Positions 50,779 to 51,652 of a stretch of DNA of 51,652 nt are shown in pieces. The position numbers and the translations under genes are program-made. The DNA is from Actinomycetota bacterium (GTDB lineage Bacteria > Actinomycetota > UBA4738 > HRBIN12), in the NCBI GenBank assembly GCA_038244455.1, contig JBBRTK010000001.1, positions 1 to 51,652 of the forward strand. Reading direction: 5' to 3'. Numbering within the stretch: position 1 is the stretch's first letter; each line of letters starts with the position of its first letter. A model generated the notes under the pieces. It made no database searches. It saw only the letters and a program-made list of their open reading frames with translations, and was not told the origin of the DNA.

Positions 50779-51652
50779 GTGAGCAACCCATTCTCTGGAG
50801 ACGGCATCTGGCTCAAGTCGGCGCTGCATACCCACACGAAGCGTTCCGATGGCGACCTGGATCCCGACGCCCACGTCCGGCACCACGAGTGGATGGGGTT
50901 CGATGTCTGCGCGATCACGGACCACTGGACCCTGACCTACGAACCATCCACGGAGCACCTGCTGGTGATCACCGGGGCCGAGCTGGCGGTCGACCCCCTC
51001 GGTGAAGGCCGCTACACGGAGATCCTCGCGATCGGGATCGACGACATCCCCGAGGATCCGGGCGGGGACAAGGCGCACTGGCGCCCGATCGACAACTACA
51101 ACTTCAAGACGTTCCCGGACCTCAGTGCGGCGGGCCGAAACATCGTCGCGCAGGGCGGGGTGTCGTTCATCGCACATCCCTATTGGAGCGGCCTGCCGCT
51201 CGAGGTGCTGCTGGAGGCCGAGAACGTCGACGGCATCGAGCTGTTCAACGCCAGCGCCGAACGCGAGAACGGCCGGGGCGACTCGTCCTACATGTGGGAC
51301 CTGACGCTGGAGGCTGGCAAGGGCTTCTGGGGCGTCGGCACCGACGATTGCCACTACCCCGGGTTCGACATCGGCGGCGCGTGGACCATGGTGAAGTCGG
51401 TCGAACGGTCCGAGGCTGCGTTCCTGGACGCGCTCCGGGGCGGGATGACGTACGCCTCCTCGGGACCGGTCATCCACGACGTCGTGGTCGATGGCGACGC
51501 CGTTGAGGTGCGGTGCTCGGCGGCTCGGTCGATCGTGCTCATGTCGAGGTACGAGACTGGCTGGGCGGTGCGGGCGGACGGGCGCAACCGGCAGGAGGAT
51601 TGCTGGGTCCTGGAGAGAGACGATGCCGGGCTCATCGTCCGCGCCCGGTTCC
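50779..51652 (+). CDS. PHP-domain metallo-phosphoesterase-like protein; 3' end lies outside the window
   Basis: My own translation from GTG 50779 gives VSNPFSGDGIWLKSALHTHTKRSDGD...ITDHW...FIAHPYW...GTDDCH, with His/Asp metal-ligand motifs of the PHP fold. The frame is open to the window end, so it is absent from the ORF track. AGGAG lies upstream. Confidence 0.65.
   Translation, partial: MSNPFSGDGIWLKSALHTHTKRSDGDLDPDAHVRHHEWMGFDVCAITDHWTLTYEPSTEHLLVITGAELAVDPLGEGRYTEILAIGIDDIPEDPGGDKAHWRPIDNYNFKTFPDLSAAGRNIVAQGGVSFIAHPYWSGLPLEVLLEAENVDGIELFNASAERENGRGDSSYMWDLTLEAGKGFWGVGTDDCHYPGFDIGGAWTMVKSVERSEAAFLDALRGGMTYASSGPVIHDVVVDGDAVEVRCSAARSIVLMSRYETGWAVRADGRNRQEDCWVLERDDAGLIVRARF

Noticed and set aside
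1-51652. CRISPR arrays, rRNA/tRNA genes, insertion sequences, integrases, prophage or known defence-system genes
   Set aside because: None were found. No regularly spaced repeats occur. No transposase, integrase or recombinase motifs appear in any long ORF. No nuclease/helicase/methylase gene sets are present. GC content and codon style look uniform, so there is no sign of a horizontally acquired island.

Overview
This is a high-GC, gene-dense chromosomal segment with an Actinomycetota-like gene repertoire. I support about 55 protein-coding genes. I found no rRNA, tRNA, CRISPR array, transposase, integrase or phage genes.

Gene content in order:
- Tad/Flp pilus genes (cpaE fragment, cpaF, tadB, tadC), then a polyprenyl-phosphate sugar transferase and a GT2 glycosyltransferase.
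- pheA, a membrane-anchored PQQ-like beta-propeller protein and a rhomboid protease.
- A minus-strand chain: SenX3/PhoR-type kinase, putative phosphomutase, DUF3090, SCO1664-family protein, ogt, thioredoxin-fold lipoprotein and a CDF transporter.
- A co-directional phosphate block of about 11 kb: pstSCAB, phoU, an OmpR-type regulator, DUF47, pit, a tiny membrane ORF, a second DUF47, ppk1 and a Nudix/histidine-phosphatase fusion. Readable PHO-box direct repeats sit upstream of pstS and of DUF47-pit.
- GNAT, an SLT transglycosylase and ispH.
- A tandem-RAM protein, a PhoU/TrkA_C protein and an MgtE-like transporter.
- alkA-like glycosylase and a CGNR zinc-finger regulator.
- A cyanophycin locus (cphB-cphA plus a DksA/TraR zinc-finger gene), then gnd and pgl.
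- A minus-strand cluster of gabT, MFS, a cyanophycin-synthetase-like ligase and LOG, with a divergent PucR regulator.
- A peptide-type ABC importer (SBP plus two permeases) and a PHP-domain gene cut by the window end.

The most interesting item is the 567-aa ORF at 40756..42459. It keeps the N domain and the Mur-ligase (M) domain of cyanophycin synthetase but lacks the whole ATP-grasp (G) domain. It is start/stop-overlapped with a LOG-family gene and lies 2.8 kb from a full-length cphA.

All calls rest on reading the supplied translations and the DNA by eye. No database search was run.
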